Shown in pieces: positions 20,630-30,554 of a stretch of DNA of 57,565 nucleotides (positions are counted from its first letter, which is position 1; each line of letters opens with the position of its first letter). This DNA comes from Thermoproteota archaeon (GTDB taxonomy: Archaea > Thermoproteota > EX4484-205 > JAAOZP01). A model generated the notes under the pieces. The model was not told the origin of the DNA and searched no databases. It was given only the letters and a program-made list of their open reading frames with translations. Location: assembly GCA_049700215.1 (NCBI GenBank), contig JBNAVT010000010.1, forward strand, positions 1 through 57,565, in the 5' to 3' direction. A program made the position numbers and the translations under genes.

Positions 20630-21072
20630 TTGGAATTTCTTGATAAAAGGGCTCCGAGCTTATATCTTTGTGTCTCCTTCTTCTTCCCGCCATACTCGTA
20701 AGCAGCCATTTTATGAGCTTCATCAACTATCACCAAGTCCCATCTTGCCTCGGCCAAGCTCGACATGATATCCTCCTGCTTGGCGAAATCCATTGAAGTA
20801 ATAGCCTGATTTTCCTCGAGCCAGACATTTCTACCCCATGAAGCATTCATCACAGCCCTATCTATAGCTCTGAATGTCTCGCCGAATTTTTCACGCATTT
20901 CTCTAAGCCATTGATCCCTAAGGTGCCAAGGTATGACTATTAGAATACGATTGACCAATCCCCTTTGCTTAAGCTCTTTAAGCACTAGGCCAGCCATGAT
21001 CGTCTTTCCGGCACCAGGGTCGTCGGCAAGGAGAAACCTGATCCTCGGATGCTTCAGTATGTAGTAGTATAC
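20630..21072 (-). pseudogene. Internal fragment of a SNF2/SF2 helicase (Walker A to Walker B only)
   Basis: VYYYILKHPRIRFLLADDPGAGKTIMAGL...QW...WDLVIVDEAHK...LSRNS. It has no start or stop, and both ends are (GC)n tracts. Confidence 0.88.
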
Positions 21073-21087
21073 TAGCGCGCGCTAGTA
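21070..21087. repeat. 18-bp perfect palindrome containing TAGCGCGCGCTA
   Basis: TACTAGCGCGCGCTAGTA. Confidence 0.9.
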
Positions 21088-21251
21088 CTTCGTAAGAAAG
21101 AACCCTTGGGTAGTGCCAGCTACATTGATAGGAGGTCTAGGGCTTAGGTTAGCCCTACTAGCATCGCGCGCCAACTACCCTCAGCGCTATTTAAAAACTC
21201 TTAATAATACAGCTAAGCTTTTTATCCAAGCCGGGGGAATAGGGTTAGTAA

Positions 21252-22214
21252 ATGAATATTGCAGTAGTTACTCCAGGGGGAGACGCGCCGGGTGTAAACT
21301 CTGCGATCAGGGCTGTGGTCAGGTCTGCTGCTTCCCAAGGCTTCAAGACTCTTGGTGTTGAAAGGGGGTACATGGGTCTGATAGAGGGTGCTTTCAGACA
21401 GTTGACTCCGAGAGACGTGAGCGGGATAATAAACACTGGCGGGAGCATTCTGAAGTCCAGTAGGTGCGAGCTTTTCAAGACGCCTGAGGGTTTGGAGAAA
21501 GCCTCTGAGAACCTCAAGTCTAGGAATGTTGACTGGCTGGTTGCAATAGGCGGGGACGGGTCTCTGAAGGGTGCTAAAGAGGTCAGTGAGGTGAGCGGTA
21601 TACCCGTCGTGGTCGTGGCTGCGTCGATCGACAACGATATGGCTGGCGTAGACGAGACAATAGGCTTCGACACTGCTGTCAACACTGCTGTAGAGGCTGT
21701 GGACAAGATTAGGGACACGGCGGTAACTTTCGAGAGGGTCTTCATAGTAGAGGTCATGGGGAGGCAGCGCGGCTTCCTTGCTGTCGACGTAGCACTGGCT
21801 TCAGGCGCTGAGATTGCTCTCATACCGGAGCACCCGTTGACCCAGGAGGATGTTGCCCAGAGGCTCGTGAAAATGGGTTCCTTAGGTAAGAAGTCTAGCA
21901 TAATAGTTAAGGCTGAGGGAGCCATGGGAGACCCGTTTGAAACAGCTTCAAGGCTTAGCATGCTAACCGGCTACGATTTCAGGGTTACTGTGCTGGGCCA
22001 TATTCAAAGGGGCGGAGTCCCGTCGGCGAGGTCGAGAACCCTGGCATGCCTCTTCGGGAACCATGCTGTCAGGCTGGTTTCTGAAGGCAAGGGGAACAGG
22101 CTTGTAGGCCTGAGGGATAACAGGGTTGTCGACATCAGCATACTCGACTCATACAGCAGCGTTAAAAAGATAGATGAGGACAAGTATAGGCTGGTCAGCC
22201 TGCTCGCGATCTAA
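21252..22214 (+). CDS. pfkA: 6-phosphofructokinase, PfkA family (probably ATP-dependent)
   Basis: GGDAPGVN, GGDGSLKG, SIDND, IGFDTA, VEVMGR and VLGHIQRGG. Confidence 0.92.
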   Translation: MNIAVVTPGGDAPGVNSAIRAVVRSAASQGFKTLGVERGYMGLIEGAFRQLTPRDVSGIINTGGSILKSSRCELFKTPEGLEKASENLKSRNVDWLVAIGGDGSLKGAKEVSEVSGIPVVVVAASIDNDMAGVDETIGFDTAVNTAVEAVDKIRDTAVTFERVFIVEVMGRQRGFLAVDVALASGAEIALIPEHPLTQEDVAQRLVKMGSLGKKSSIIVKAEGAMGDPFETASRLSMLTGYDFRVTVLGHIQRGGVPSARSRTLACLFGNHAVRLVSEGKGNRLVGLRDNRVVDISILDSYSSVKKIDEDKYRLVSLLAI

Positions 22215-22405
22215 GCATTACTGCCTACAACCCGTCCCTGCCTACATAACCCGCATCATGCGGATGGTTTACAGCTTAACGGTGAAACGAGGAAAAAGTG
22301 TTTAACAAGCCTGATTCCCGCTCCTAAGCTTTTTAAAAGCCTTTGAAAGCGACGATTCGGAAAACGTATTTATACCCTGCTGAGGAATGCTTCGGAAAAC
22401 ACTAG

Positions 22406-24682
22406 ATGCCTAGCCAGAAGTCGGAGGAGTTAGCAGCGTACCGGATTAACATAAACGGCATTGTGCAGGGAGTTGGATACAGGCCCTTCGTATACCGTAT
22501 TGCCAGCAGCCTCGGACTCAAGGGTTTCGTCCTTAACTCTGGAAACGGGGTTCTAATAGAGGTTGAAGGAAGGCCTGGGGACTGCTTAAGATTCATAGAG
22601 AGGCTTAAGACGGAGAAGCCTCCTAGGGCTGTCGTTAAAACATTCTCCTGCATGCAGATACCCGCGAGGGGTTACAGGGGGTTCAGGGTTGAGCAGACCC
22701 GCGGCGAGGAGGTTGAAACCCTTTGTCCGCCTGACGTCGCCGTCTGCAAGGACTGTTTAGACGAGCTTTTCAACCCTAGGGACAGGAGACACCTTTACCC
22801 TTTCATAAACTGTATAAACTGCGGGCCACGGTTCACGATACTTGAGAAACTACCCTACGACAGGGTTAACACAAGCATGAAAACCTTCAGGATGTGCGGC
22901 GACTGCGAGAAGGAGTATTCTGATCCCTCTGACAGGAGGTTTAAGGCTGAGCCCAACGCGTGCAGCAGGTGTGGGCCGAGGGCTAGGCTCTACCGTCGTG
23001 GCAGGCTCATAAGGGTTGAAGACCCTGTTTCAGAGGCGGCCAGGCTGATAAACAGGGGGTTCATAGTCGCGGTTAAAGGGTACGGGGGGTTCCACCTTGC
23101 TTGCGACGCAACAAGCAGGAGCAGCGTCACGGAGCTTAGGAGGAGGAAGAAAAGGGGCAACAAGCCTTTCGCAATAATGGTTAAGAGTGTTGAGGAGGCT
23201 GGGAGGATTGTTGAGCTTAACGATTCCGAGGAAAAATGGCTCACTCATTATTCTGCCCCGATAATCCTCGCGAGAAAGAAGGAGCCGAACCCTGTTGTAG
23301 AGGAGGTTGCCCCCGGCATGAGGTACCTCGGGGTCTTCCTACCCTATACCCCGATACACCATGTTCTCATGAGGAGTGTTGAGCCTCCGGCGATAGTTCT
23401 AACGAGTGGAAACGTTTCTGAGGAGCCGATAGTGTTTAGGGATGGCGAGGCCTTTGAAAAGTTTAAGGATATGGCTGACTATATTCTAACTTACAACCGT
23501 AGGATAGTCAACTTCGCCGACGACTCGGTGGGCTTCGTTCAAGACGGCACGCTTAGACTCGTCAGGAGGAGCAGGGGCTTCGTTCCCGAGCCTGTTGAGG
23601 TTGAGCCTAAAGTCGACGGCGTGCTCGCGATGGGGGCTGACCTGAACAACACTTTCGCTCTAGCGAAAAAAGGCAGGGTTTTCATGAGCCAGTACATGGG
23701 CGACCTGGAGAACATGCTCATAAGGAAGAGATATCTTGAGGCGATTAGAAGCATGCGGCGGCTTTTAAACCTGGAGTATAGAAGGATTGCCCATGACCTC
23801 CACCCGGCTTACTACTCGACCCAGATAGGGGTTTCGCTGGACGGGGAGAAGACGGGTGTACAGCATCATTACGCTCATGTTCTTTCAGCGATGGCTGAAA
23901 ACAGTATCCTGGGCTCAGAGGTTTTGGGAATAGCTTTCGACGGAACCGGCTACGGCGAGGACGGTAGCCTCTGGGGATCGGAGTTCCTCATCGTCAGGAG
24001 GGGGGAGTACGTTAGGAGGGGCCACTTCAAATACGTACCGATGCCCGGCGGGGAGAAGGCTGTCCTAGAACCCGCGAGGATGGCTTTCAGCTACCTTTAC
24101 GACGCGATGGGCGACGATGCTTTAAAGATCAACATGGGGTTGAGCGACAATGTTAAAACAGTCTTGAAAAGAATGGTTGACAGGAGGATCAACACCCCTA
24201 TGACGTGCGGCCTTGGAAGAATGTTCGACGCCGTCTCAGCCCTCCTAGGAGTATGTTTAACAAGAACCTTTGAGGGGGAACCTGCTGTAATGCTTGAAAT
24301 GGCTGCTGGAGTGAGCGATGGCGAGAGCTATCCTTTTAAAATCACTGGTGTGAAAGAGTATGTTGTGGACACTGCACCCATTATACGCGCGATAGTTGAA
24401 GACCTTGAAAGAAACACGCCGGTTAAAAAGGTCAGCCGAAGGTTTCATGAAACCATCGCGAGGATCACTGTTGAGCTGGCGGACACCATAAGGCTTGAGG
24501 AGGATGTCGAAACTATTGTTTTAACTGGGGGAGTTTTCCAGAACAGGATACTTTCTTCAAGAGTTAAGCGTTTAGCCGAGGAACACGGTTTGAAAACCTT
24601 CTTCAACAACATTGTCCCGACTAACGACGGTGGAATATCCCTGGGGCAGGCTGTAGCAGTCAGCCTGATGGAGGAGAAGTGA
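22406..24682 (+). CDS. hypF: [NiFe]-hydrogenase maturation carbamoyltransferase
   Basis: GIVQGVGYRPF, two zinc fingers, HDLHPAY, QHHYAH, DGTGYG and NDGGISLGQ. Confidence 0.97.
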   Translation: MPSQKSEELAAYRININGIVQGVGYRPFVYRIASSLGLKGFVLNSGNGVLIEVEGRPGDCLRFIERLKTEKPPRAVVKTFSCMQIPARGYRGFRVEQTRGEEVETLCPPDVAVCKDCLDELFNPRDRRHLYPFINCINCGPRFTILEKLPYDRVNTSMKTFRMCGDCEKEYSDPSDRRFKAEPNACSRCGPRARLYRRGRLIRVEDPVSEAARLINRGFIVAVKGYGGFHLACDATSRSSVTELRRRKKRGNKPFAIMVKSVEEAGRIVELNDSEEKWLTHYSAPIILARKKEPNPVVEEVAPGMRYLGVFLPYTPIHHVLMRSVEPPAIVLTSGNVSEEPIVFRDGEAFEKFKDMADYILTYNRRIVNFADDSVGFVQDGTLRLVRRSRGFVPEPVEVEPKVDGVLAMGADLNNTFALAKKGRVFMSQYMGDLENMLIRKRYLEAIRSMRRLLNLEYRRIAHDLHPAYYSTQIGVSLDGEKTGVQHHYAHVLSAMAENSILGSEVLGIAFDGTGYGEDGSLWGSEFLIVRRGEYVRRGHFKYVPMPGGEKAVLEPARMAFSYLYDAMGDDALKINMGLSDNVKTVLKRMVDRRINTPMTCGLGRMFDAVSALLGVCLTRTFEGEPAVMLEMAAGVSDGESYPFKITGVKEYVVDTAPIIRAIVEDLERNTPVKKVSRRFHETIARITVELADTIRLEEDVETIVLTGGVFQNRILSSRVKRLAEEHGLKTFFNNIVPTNDGGISLGQAVAVSLMEEK

Positions 24683-24683
24683 A

Positions 24684-24899
24684 TTGTGCCTAGGTATACC
24701 TGGAAGGGTTGAGGAAGTTAAGGGAGAGGAAGCGGTTGTCTCATTCGGAGGCACGCGTAGAAGCGTGAGGCTTGACCTTGTCGACAATGTTTCCGTCGGG
24801 GACTACGTTATTGTTCACGCCGGCTTCGCCATACAGGTTCTCGACCAGGAGGCAGCCTTAGAAATGCTGGAGGCGCTTAGGGAGGTGTTTAAAGAGTGA
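24684..24899 (+). CDS. hypC: Hydrogenase maturation chaperone
   Basis: MCLGIPG...GDYVIVHAGFAI. Confidence 0.96.
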   Translation: MCLGIPGRVEEVKGEEAVVSFGGTRRSVRLDLVDNVSVGDYVIVHAGFAIQVLDQEAALEMLEALREVFKE

Positions 24900-25984
24900 G
24901 GTTCATCCAAGAGTATAGGGACGGGGAGCTAGTCAGGAGGATAGCCGACAGGGCTAACGAGCTTCTCGAGAGACTTGGGAGGAGAGTTAAGATAATGGAG
25001 GTCTGCGGGACGCATACGATGGCTGTCGCGAGACACGGTTTGAAGAGTCTTTTCAAGGAGAATCTTGACCTTATTTCCGGCCCAGGCTGCCCTGTTTGCG
25101 TGACACCCGACTCAGGCTTCTCACTCGTTTTCCAAGCTGCTGAAGCAGGGAGGACCGTGGCTACTTTCGGGGACATGATGAGGGTTCCCTTGAACGGCAG
25201 AAGCCTGTCAACCCTTAGGAGCGAGGGCCTCGACATAAGGGTCGTATATTCTCCCTATGATGCTCTTAAAATGGCTGAGGAGGAGCCTGGAAGAGAGTTC
25301 GTCATAGCGGGAATAGGTTTCGAAACCACTTCCCCACTCTTCGCCTCAACCATACTTCAGTGCAGTAAGAAGAATATTAGGAACCTTAGGCTGGTGAGTC
25401 TTTTAAAAACGATGCCGCCAGCTTTGAACACGCTGCTTGAGGCGGAGGATCTTGCGATAGACGGGTTAATATTGCCTGGACACGTAAGCACGATAATAGG
25501 CGTTAAACCTTATGTTGAGCTTGTTGAGAAACACCATGTCCCTGCGGTGGTGACTGGTTTCGAGCCTGTTGACATAGTCGAATCCATACGCATGATTCTG
25601 AAGCAGCTCGTTGAGAAAAGGAGTGAGGTTGAGAACGAGTATGCGAGGACGGTTAGGCATGAGGGGAACGTTAAGGCGATCAGGCTTATGCAGAAGGTTT
25701 TCAAACCGGTTGACTCCGAGTGGCGCGGCCTCGGAGTGATACGTGGAAGCGGCTTGGCTTTAAGAGAGGAGTTCAGGTTTTTCGACGCTGTTGAAGAGTA
25801 CGGCTTGAAGCCTGTTGAAACAGTTAAGCCCAGTGGATGCCTTTGCGGAGAGGTTGTGAGGGGAAGCAGGAAGCCCTTTGAATGCAGCCTGTACAGAAGG
25901 GTTTGCAGGCCGGACAACCCGGTGGGGCCGTGCATGGTCTCCTCGGAGGGAACCTGCGCAGCCTACTATTACGCGGGGCTGTGA
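24896..25984 (+). CDS. hypD: Hydrogenase maturation protein
   Basis: MEVCGTHT, GPGCPVC, GFETT, PGHVS and GPCMVSSEGTC. Confidence 0.97.
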   Translation: MRFIQEYRDGELVRRIADRANELLERLGRRVKIMEVCGTHTMAVARHGLKSLFKENLDLISGPGCPVCVTPDSGFSLVFQAAEAGRTVATFGDMMRVPLNGRSLSTLRSEGLDIRVVYSPYDALKMAEEEPGREFVIAGIGFETTSPLFASTILQCSKKNIRNLRLVSLLKTMPPALNTLLEAEDLAIDGLILPGHVSTIIGVKPYVELVEKHHVPAVVTGFEPVDIVESIRMILKQLVEKRSEVENEYARTVRHEGNVKAIRLMQKVFKPVDSEWRGLGVIRGSGLALREEFRFFDAVEEYGLKPVETVKPSGCLCGEVVRGSRKPFECSLYRRVCRPDNPVGPCMVSSEGTCAAYYYAGL

Positions 25985-25987
25985 GCA

Positions 25988-26989
25988 ATGGGTGGAAGAA
26001 TAATCCTGGAGCACGGCGCCGGCGGGAGGCTGATGCACGAGCTTATTAAGACGATATCCAGCAGGCTTAACACTCCTAGTAGGGGTGTTGACAAGGCTGT
26101 GTTCAAGACCCCTAGGGGGAGAATTGCTTTCACAGCAGACTCCTTCGTAATGAAGCCGCCTGTTGTCAAGGGGTGTGACATAGGAATGCTGTCGGTCAAC
26201 GGCACTGTGAATGATCTTGTCACGATGGGGGCTAAGCCTGAATACCTAAGCCTGTCGCTGATAATAGAGGAGGGGCTTGAAGAAGAGTTTCTCATGAGGA
26301 TTGTTGGAAGCGTTAGCGACGCTGCCGGAAAAGCGGGAGTCAAGATAGCGACTGGAGACGTGAAGGTTGTTGAAAAAGGAGGCTGCGACAAGATTTTCAT
26401 AAATACTTCAGGCGTGGGAAGAGTTTATTCAAACATTAGGGTTTCAACATTGAATGCGAAGCCGGGGGACGCGGTGATAGTCACGGGGAGCATCGGAGAC
26501 CATGGGGCTGCCGTGCTCGCCGCCAGAGGGGAATTCCAGCTGGAGACGGATGTTTCAAGCGACTGCACCCCTTTGGCAAGCATTCTGAAAACACTCGTCA
26601 GGAGGAGGGTAATTCTCCACACTCTCATAGACCCCACTAGAGGCGGCTTGGCAACCTCGCTTAACGAGGTTTCAGAATCCTCCCGGGTCACGATAGAAGT
26701 CGAGGAGGAGAAAATACCTGTTAAGGAGGAGGTTTCAAGTCTTTGCGAGGTCCTTGGCATAGACCCGCTATACTTGGGGTGTGAAGGCAGGCTAGTCATA
26801 TTCACGCCGTTACGCTACGCTGAGGAAGCAGTCAAGGCTTTGAGGAGGCTGGAGGATAGTAGGGACGCCTGTGTAATAGGCAGGGTCTCTGGAAGGTCTA
26901 AGACCGGCGGGGTTAGGCTTTTAACAAGGGCAGGAGGGGTTAGGAGCCTACCCATGCTTCACGGGATACCGTTGCCGAGAATTTGTTGA
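25988..26989 (+). CDS. hypE: Hydrogenase maturation carbamoyl dehydratase
   Basis: HGAGG, NGTVNDL, DPTRGG and C-terminal LPRIC. Confidence 0.97.
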   Translation: MGGRIILEHGAGGRLMHELIKTISSRLNTPSRGVDKAVFKTPRGRIAFTADSFVMKPPVVKGCDIGMLSVNGTVNDLVTMGAKPEYLSLSLIIEEGLEEEFLMRIVGSVSDAAGKAGVKIATGDVKVVEKGGCDKIFINTSGVGRVYSNIRVSTLNAKPGDAVIVTGSIGDHGAAVLAARGEFQLETDVSSDCTPLASILKTLVRRRVILHTLIDPTRGGLATSLNEVSESSRVTIEVEEEKIPVKEEVSSLCEVLGIDPLYLGCEGRLVIFTPLRYAEEAVKALRRLEDSRDACVIGRVSGRSKTGGVRLLTRAGGVRSLPMLHGIPLPRIC

Positions 26990-27004
26990 CCAAGATCCCT
27001 AAGC

Positions 27005-27170
27005 TTGACACTCCCACGGCTAAAGCCAGCGGGAACCCCGGTTCGTCAGCCTGAGGCCTCACTATACCTGGTTCAGGACCATGTGTCAAGCCAGCCCCCG
27101 CCATAAGCGTGTAGCGCATGACCCGCTTAATAGTGTTCGTAGCCCGCTGTAGTCGGCGTTATAGAGCGGA
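27005..27170 (-). mobile_element. IS200/IS605-family remnant: decayed tnpB 3' end plus right-end hairpin
   Basis: The minus strand ends TTCCCGCTGGCTTTAGCCGTGGGAGTGTCAA, a typical right-end hairpin plus TCAA. Upstream broken frames read YNADYSG...RVMRYTLMAGAGLT, like TnpB C-termini. Confidence 0.65.
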
Positions 27171-27196
27171 CTAGGATTCTTCTCCTAAAGCGCGCG

Positions 27197-27856
27197 CTAA
27201 TTGTAATACGAGTATCGGGCAACTGGGCGTTTACGTTCCCCTCTGAAGAGCAGTAGTGCAACGATTACTCCAGTTATGAACCCACCGATATGAGCCCAAT
27301 ACGCGATCCCAACGTATTCTGGAAGCATGCTTTCGAAAAGCTGCATGAGGAACCAGAACCCAAGGTAGACAACTGCGGGAAGCCTCACCATGAAGAAACG
27401 GTAGAAAACCCTCACCCTAGCGAAGGGAAACATAACCATGTATGCGCCCATAACCCCGGAGATAGCGCCCGAGGCCCCTATGGCTGGGACTGTTGAAAAG
27501 GGTTCGATCATGAAGTGAGCTAGGCATGCGGCGACTCCGAAGAAAAGGTAGAAGAACAAGAACTTAACATGCCCCATCCTGTCCTCCACGTTGTCTCCAA
27601 AGACGTAGAGGAAAAGCATGTTGCCGAAAATGTGCAGAATATCCGCGTGGAGGAACATGGATGTAAACATTCTCAACACTCCCTCGAAAGGGTCGAGTGT
27701 GAGAAGCCTAGGTATAAAGCCGTATTGCAGTATCATGGTCTCGTAGGCAAACGGCTCAGACAACTCTAGAATGAAGACACCGGTGTTAACACCTATCAGC
27801 ATGTATATTATGATCGGATAGGTGTAACGCTTAGTCTCATCCCCGGTTGGAAACAT
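27197..27856 (-). CDS. Rhomboid intramembrane serine protease
   Basis: FLHADILHIFGNMLFL, GASGAISG and AYWAHIGGF. Confidence 0.94.
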   Translation of the reverse strand: MFPTGDETKRYTYPIIIYMLIGVNTGVFILELSEPFAYETMILQYGFIPRLLTLDPFEGVLRMFTSMFLHADILHIFGNMLFLYVFGDNVEDRMGHVKFLFFYLFFGVAACLAHFMIEPFSTVPAIGASGAISGVMGAYMVMFPFARVRVFYRFFMVRLPAVVYLGFWFLMQLFESMLPEYVGIAYWAHIGGFITGVIVALLLFRGERKRPVARYSYYN

Positions 27857-27969
27857 TGTTTAGACCAGCTCGGCAAGGATTTTAAGTTTTAAAGCCTGCT
27901 TGAGCCCCCTCCCTTTTAAGCAGCATAAGCTTAAAAGCAACTTTTTTGAAGCCTGCCTCAACAAAAGTA

Positions 27970-29361
27970 TTGAGTAAAAACGAGGAAAAGAGAATCCTGA
28001 GGACGCATTTAGCATCCACGTTTCTAATAGGCTCAGTAATGCTGCTGGAGGTTGGTGCAGGGATCCTGACTAACAGTCTAGCGGTCCTCGGAGACGGGGT
28101 TCACGCGGCTTACGATTTCCTAATCACCGGAATGCTTTTCATAACCTACAGGATTAGCCTCAAGCCTGCGGATGAAAGCCACACCTATGGGCACAGCCGG
28201 ATAAAAACCCTCGGATCATTCGTAAGCGGCATAGCGCTTCTCTACCTTGTCGCCCAGCTTCTCCTGAGGAGCGTGGAGAGGCTTACCAACCCGTCTCCAG
28301 TCTACCCCAGCCTAGTAGGGTTCCTGGCGCTGGCCTACACGCTGGCCGTGGATTTCACGAGGATCACGCTGCTTTCAAGAGCCCCCGGCGGCGAGCCCAG
28401 TTTGAAAGCAGGTATGTTCCACTCTCTCGCCGACTTTTCCGACACCATCATAGCCCTACTGGGTTTTATTCTAGCAGGGTATTTCAACATGGCTTACGCT
28501 GATGCCGTCGCAGGCCTTTTGCTCTCAGCCATGATGTTCTACCTCAGTGTCAGGCTGATTTACGAAACCGGTTTGGAGCTGACAGACACTGTTCCACCAG
28601 CCGTTGTGAGAAGGATAAGAAGGGTTTTGGAGGAGGAGTATGGCGTAGATGGAGTCTCGTATCTAAACGTGAGGAGGCTCGAGAAGAAGACGTACGTCGA
28701 CGTCGGCGCGATCGTCCCCGTGGAGAGCAGTGTTTCAAGCATTCGGAAGAGCATTAAGAATGTTGAGGAGAAAATCTCCAGGATTGTTGAGGGGGAGGTG
28801 GTTGTGAGAACCCATACTTTCCCAAAGGGTTCTGAAAGCCTCCATGGAATCATTAAGGACTCCGCCATGAAAGCCAAGGGTGTTCTGAACGTTCACGATA
28901 TTCTTGTTTCACAGACAGATGGTAAACTGCTCGTGTCCCTGCACATAGAAGTCTCGGGGGAGATGAGTCTTTCAGAAGCCCACGTGATTGCCGACGAGGT
29001 TGAGAAGAACGTTTTGAAAAACGTGGAGAACGTCGGCAGCGTCATGGTTCACGTAGAGACAGCCGGCTCAGCCGTCAGACCCATTAGAACAGCCGGCTCA
29101 AACTCCTCCCTATACCTTAAGGCTAAGCAGGCTGTCGAGGAAGAGGTTAAGCAGTTCCACGGTGTTAAGGGGCTTAGGAGGATAAGGGTTTTCAGAGAAG
29201 CCTCAGGCTTGAGCAGGATTGAGCTGACCGTCAGCATGGAGGGTGGCAGAAGCATGGCTGAGGCCCATGAGGCTGCATCTAGGCTTGAGCACCGTGTTGA
29301 GCATAGTCTCGATGGAAACGTTGAAGTGGTTGTCCACGTGGAGCCTGAAGACCAGGGTTAA
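27970..29361 (+). CDS. Cation diffusion facilitator with repeated C-terminal dimerisation domains
   Basis: SLAVLGDGVH, KPADESHTYGH, HSLAD, and repeated EAH...VVVHVEP. Confidence 0.9.
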   Translation: MSKNEEKRILRTHLASTFLIGSVMLLEVGAGILTNSLAVLGDGVHAAYDFLITGMLFITYRISLKPADESHTYGHSRIKTLGSFVSGIALLYLVAQLLLRSVERLTNPSPVYPSLVGFLALAYTLAVDFTRITLLSRAPGGEPSLKAGMFHSLADFSDTIIALLGFILAGYFNMAYADAVAGLLLSAMMFYLSVRLIYETGLELTDTVPPAVVRRIRRVLEEEYGVDGVSYLNVRRLEKKTYVDVGAIVPVESSVSSIRKSIKNVEEKISRIVEGEVVVRTHTFPKGSESLHGIIKDSAMKAKGVLNVHDILVSQTDGKLLVSLHIEVSGEMSLSEAHVIADEVEKNVLKNVENVGSVMVHVETAGSAVRPIRTAGSNSSLYLKAKQAVEEEVKQFHGVKGLRRIRVFREASGLSRIELTVSMEGGRSMAEAHEAASRLEHRVEHSLDGNVEVVVHVEPEDQG

Positions 29362-29396
29362 GCTTTTATCCCCCCGACGAGATACATCTCTGGGAA

Positions 29397-30146
29397 ATGG
29401 CTGGAAGAAGCATGATTATCGAGGAGGTTAAAACGGTTTCCGAAAGACCGTTGATACTTGAAGGCCTTCCTGACACTGGGCTTGTCGGAACAATATCTCT
29501 AAGCCACTATCTTACAAAACTAGGCTTCGAGAAAACAGGGTACCTCGAGACAGAGGATTTCCCACCGATGCTGATAGTGAGAAACGGGAAGATAGGGGAT
29601 GTGCTCGAAATATACTATAAGGATAATGTTTACATTTTAAGGTCTGAGCTTCCAATACCACAGGAGGGTGTGCGCAACATAGTTGGGGAGATAGTGGACT
29701 GGGTTAGGCGCAAGAACCCGAGGCTCTTCCTAAGCCTCGGCGGAATACCGCATCCCTATAGGATAGACATAACTGATCCCAAGGTTTATGCTGTGCCAAC
29801 CAGCGAGGAAGCCCTGACGATTGTCTCAAGGATGAAGAGCGTGGAGGTCTTGAAAGACGGGTTTCTTTTCGGGCCTAAAGCACTAATACTTAGGAAGCTT
29901 GAAAGGCTCAGAGTAACTGGACTCGGGCTTTTCGTCCAATCCTACTTGAACTATCCCGACCCGGGTTCGGCAGCAAAAGTTTTAACACTCCTGCCTCAAA
30001 TAGGACTGGAAAAAGTGGAGGTGGACTCCCTAATAGCTTCCGCTGAAGAGATAAGGATGCAGTACAGAGAGCTCATGAGGAGAACTGACGACGAGATAAG
30101 GAGGATGAGAAGCCTGCCGCCGATGGCTGAGCAGAGCCTAGTCTAG
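29397..30146 (+). CDS. PAC2-family proteasome assembly chaperone
   Basis: EGLPDTGLVGTI and YPDPGSAA. Confidence 0.88.
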   Translation: MAGRSMIIEEVKTVSERPLILEGLPDTGLVGTISLSHYLTKLGFEKTGYLETEDFPPMLIVRNGKIGDVLEIYYKDNVYILRSELPIPQEGVRNIVGEIVDWVRRKNPRLFLSLGGIPHPYRIDITDPKVYAVPTSEEALTIVSRMKSVEVLKDGFLFGPKALILRKLERLRVTGLGLFVQSYLNYPDPGSAAKVLTLLPQIGLEKVEVDSLIASAEEIRMQYRELMRRTDDEIRRMRSLPPMAEQSLV

Positions 30147-30149
30147 GGG

Positions 30150-30551
30150 GTGTTGAGAATGGAGGATTTTGAAAGGATTTTTGAAGAAATGAGGGGGATT
30201 TTCGAGGAGGACTTTAGGAGGCAGAGGGCTAGGCGAATGGGGTGTGTGGAACCATTGTACAACATTGTTGAAAGCGAGAACGAAATAAGGATCAGCGTAG
30301 ACCTGCCTGGGGTTGAGAAGGAGGATATTAAGTTGACGCTCTACGAGGACCATCTTGTTGTCGAAGGATTGTGTAAGAAGGAGACTCCCTCGGTGAGGAG
30401 GCTTTTCAAGGAAACCCCGCTGTATTACAGCGTGAGAATACCTCTACCGACTAAGGTTGAGGAGGAGCCTGCTAAGGCAAGATACTACAACGGAATTCTT
30501 GAAGTAGTCCTGACGAAGAGGAAGCGTGGGCGAAGAATACCGGTTGAGTAA
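30150..30551 (+). CDS. Small heat-shock protein Hsp20
   Basis: VDLPGVEKEDI and AKARYYNGILEV. Confidence 0.92.
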   Translation: MLRMEDFERIFEEMRGIFEEDFRRQRARRMGCVEPLYNIVESENEIRISVDLPGVEKEDIKLTLYEDHLVVEGLCKKETPSVRRLFKETPLYYSVRIPLPTKVEEEPAKARYYNGILEVVLTKRKRGRRIPVE

Positions 30552-30554
30552 GAC

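Noticed and set aside
19821-20726. 301-aa ORF as one gene with a vWA-like DTSGSM motif
   Set aside because: It crosses two GC junctions, and its N-terminus is an alternative frame of the helicase fragment.
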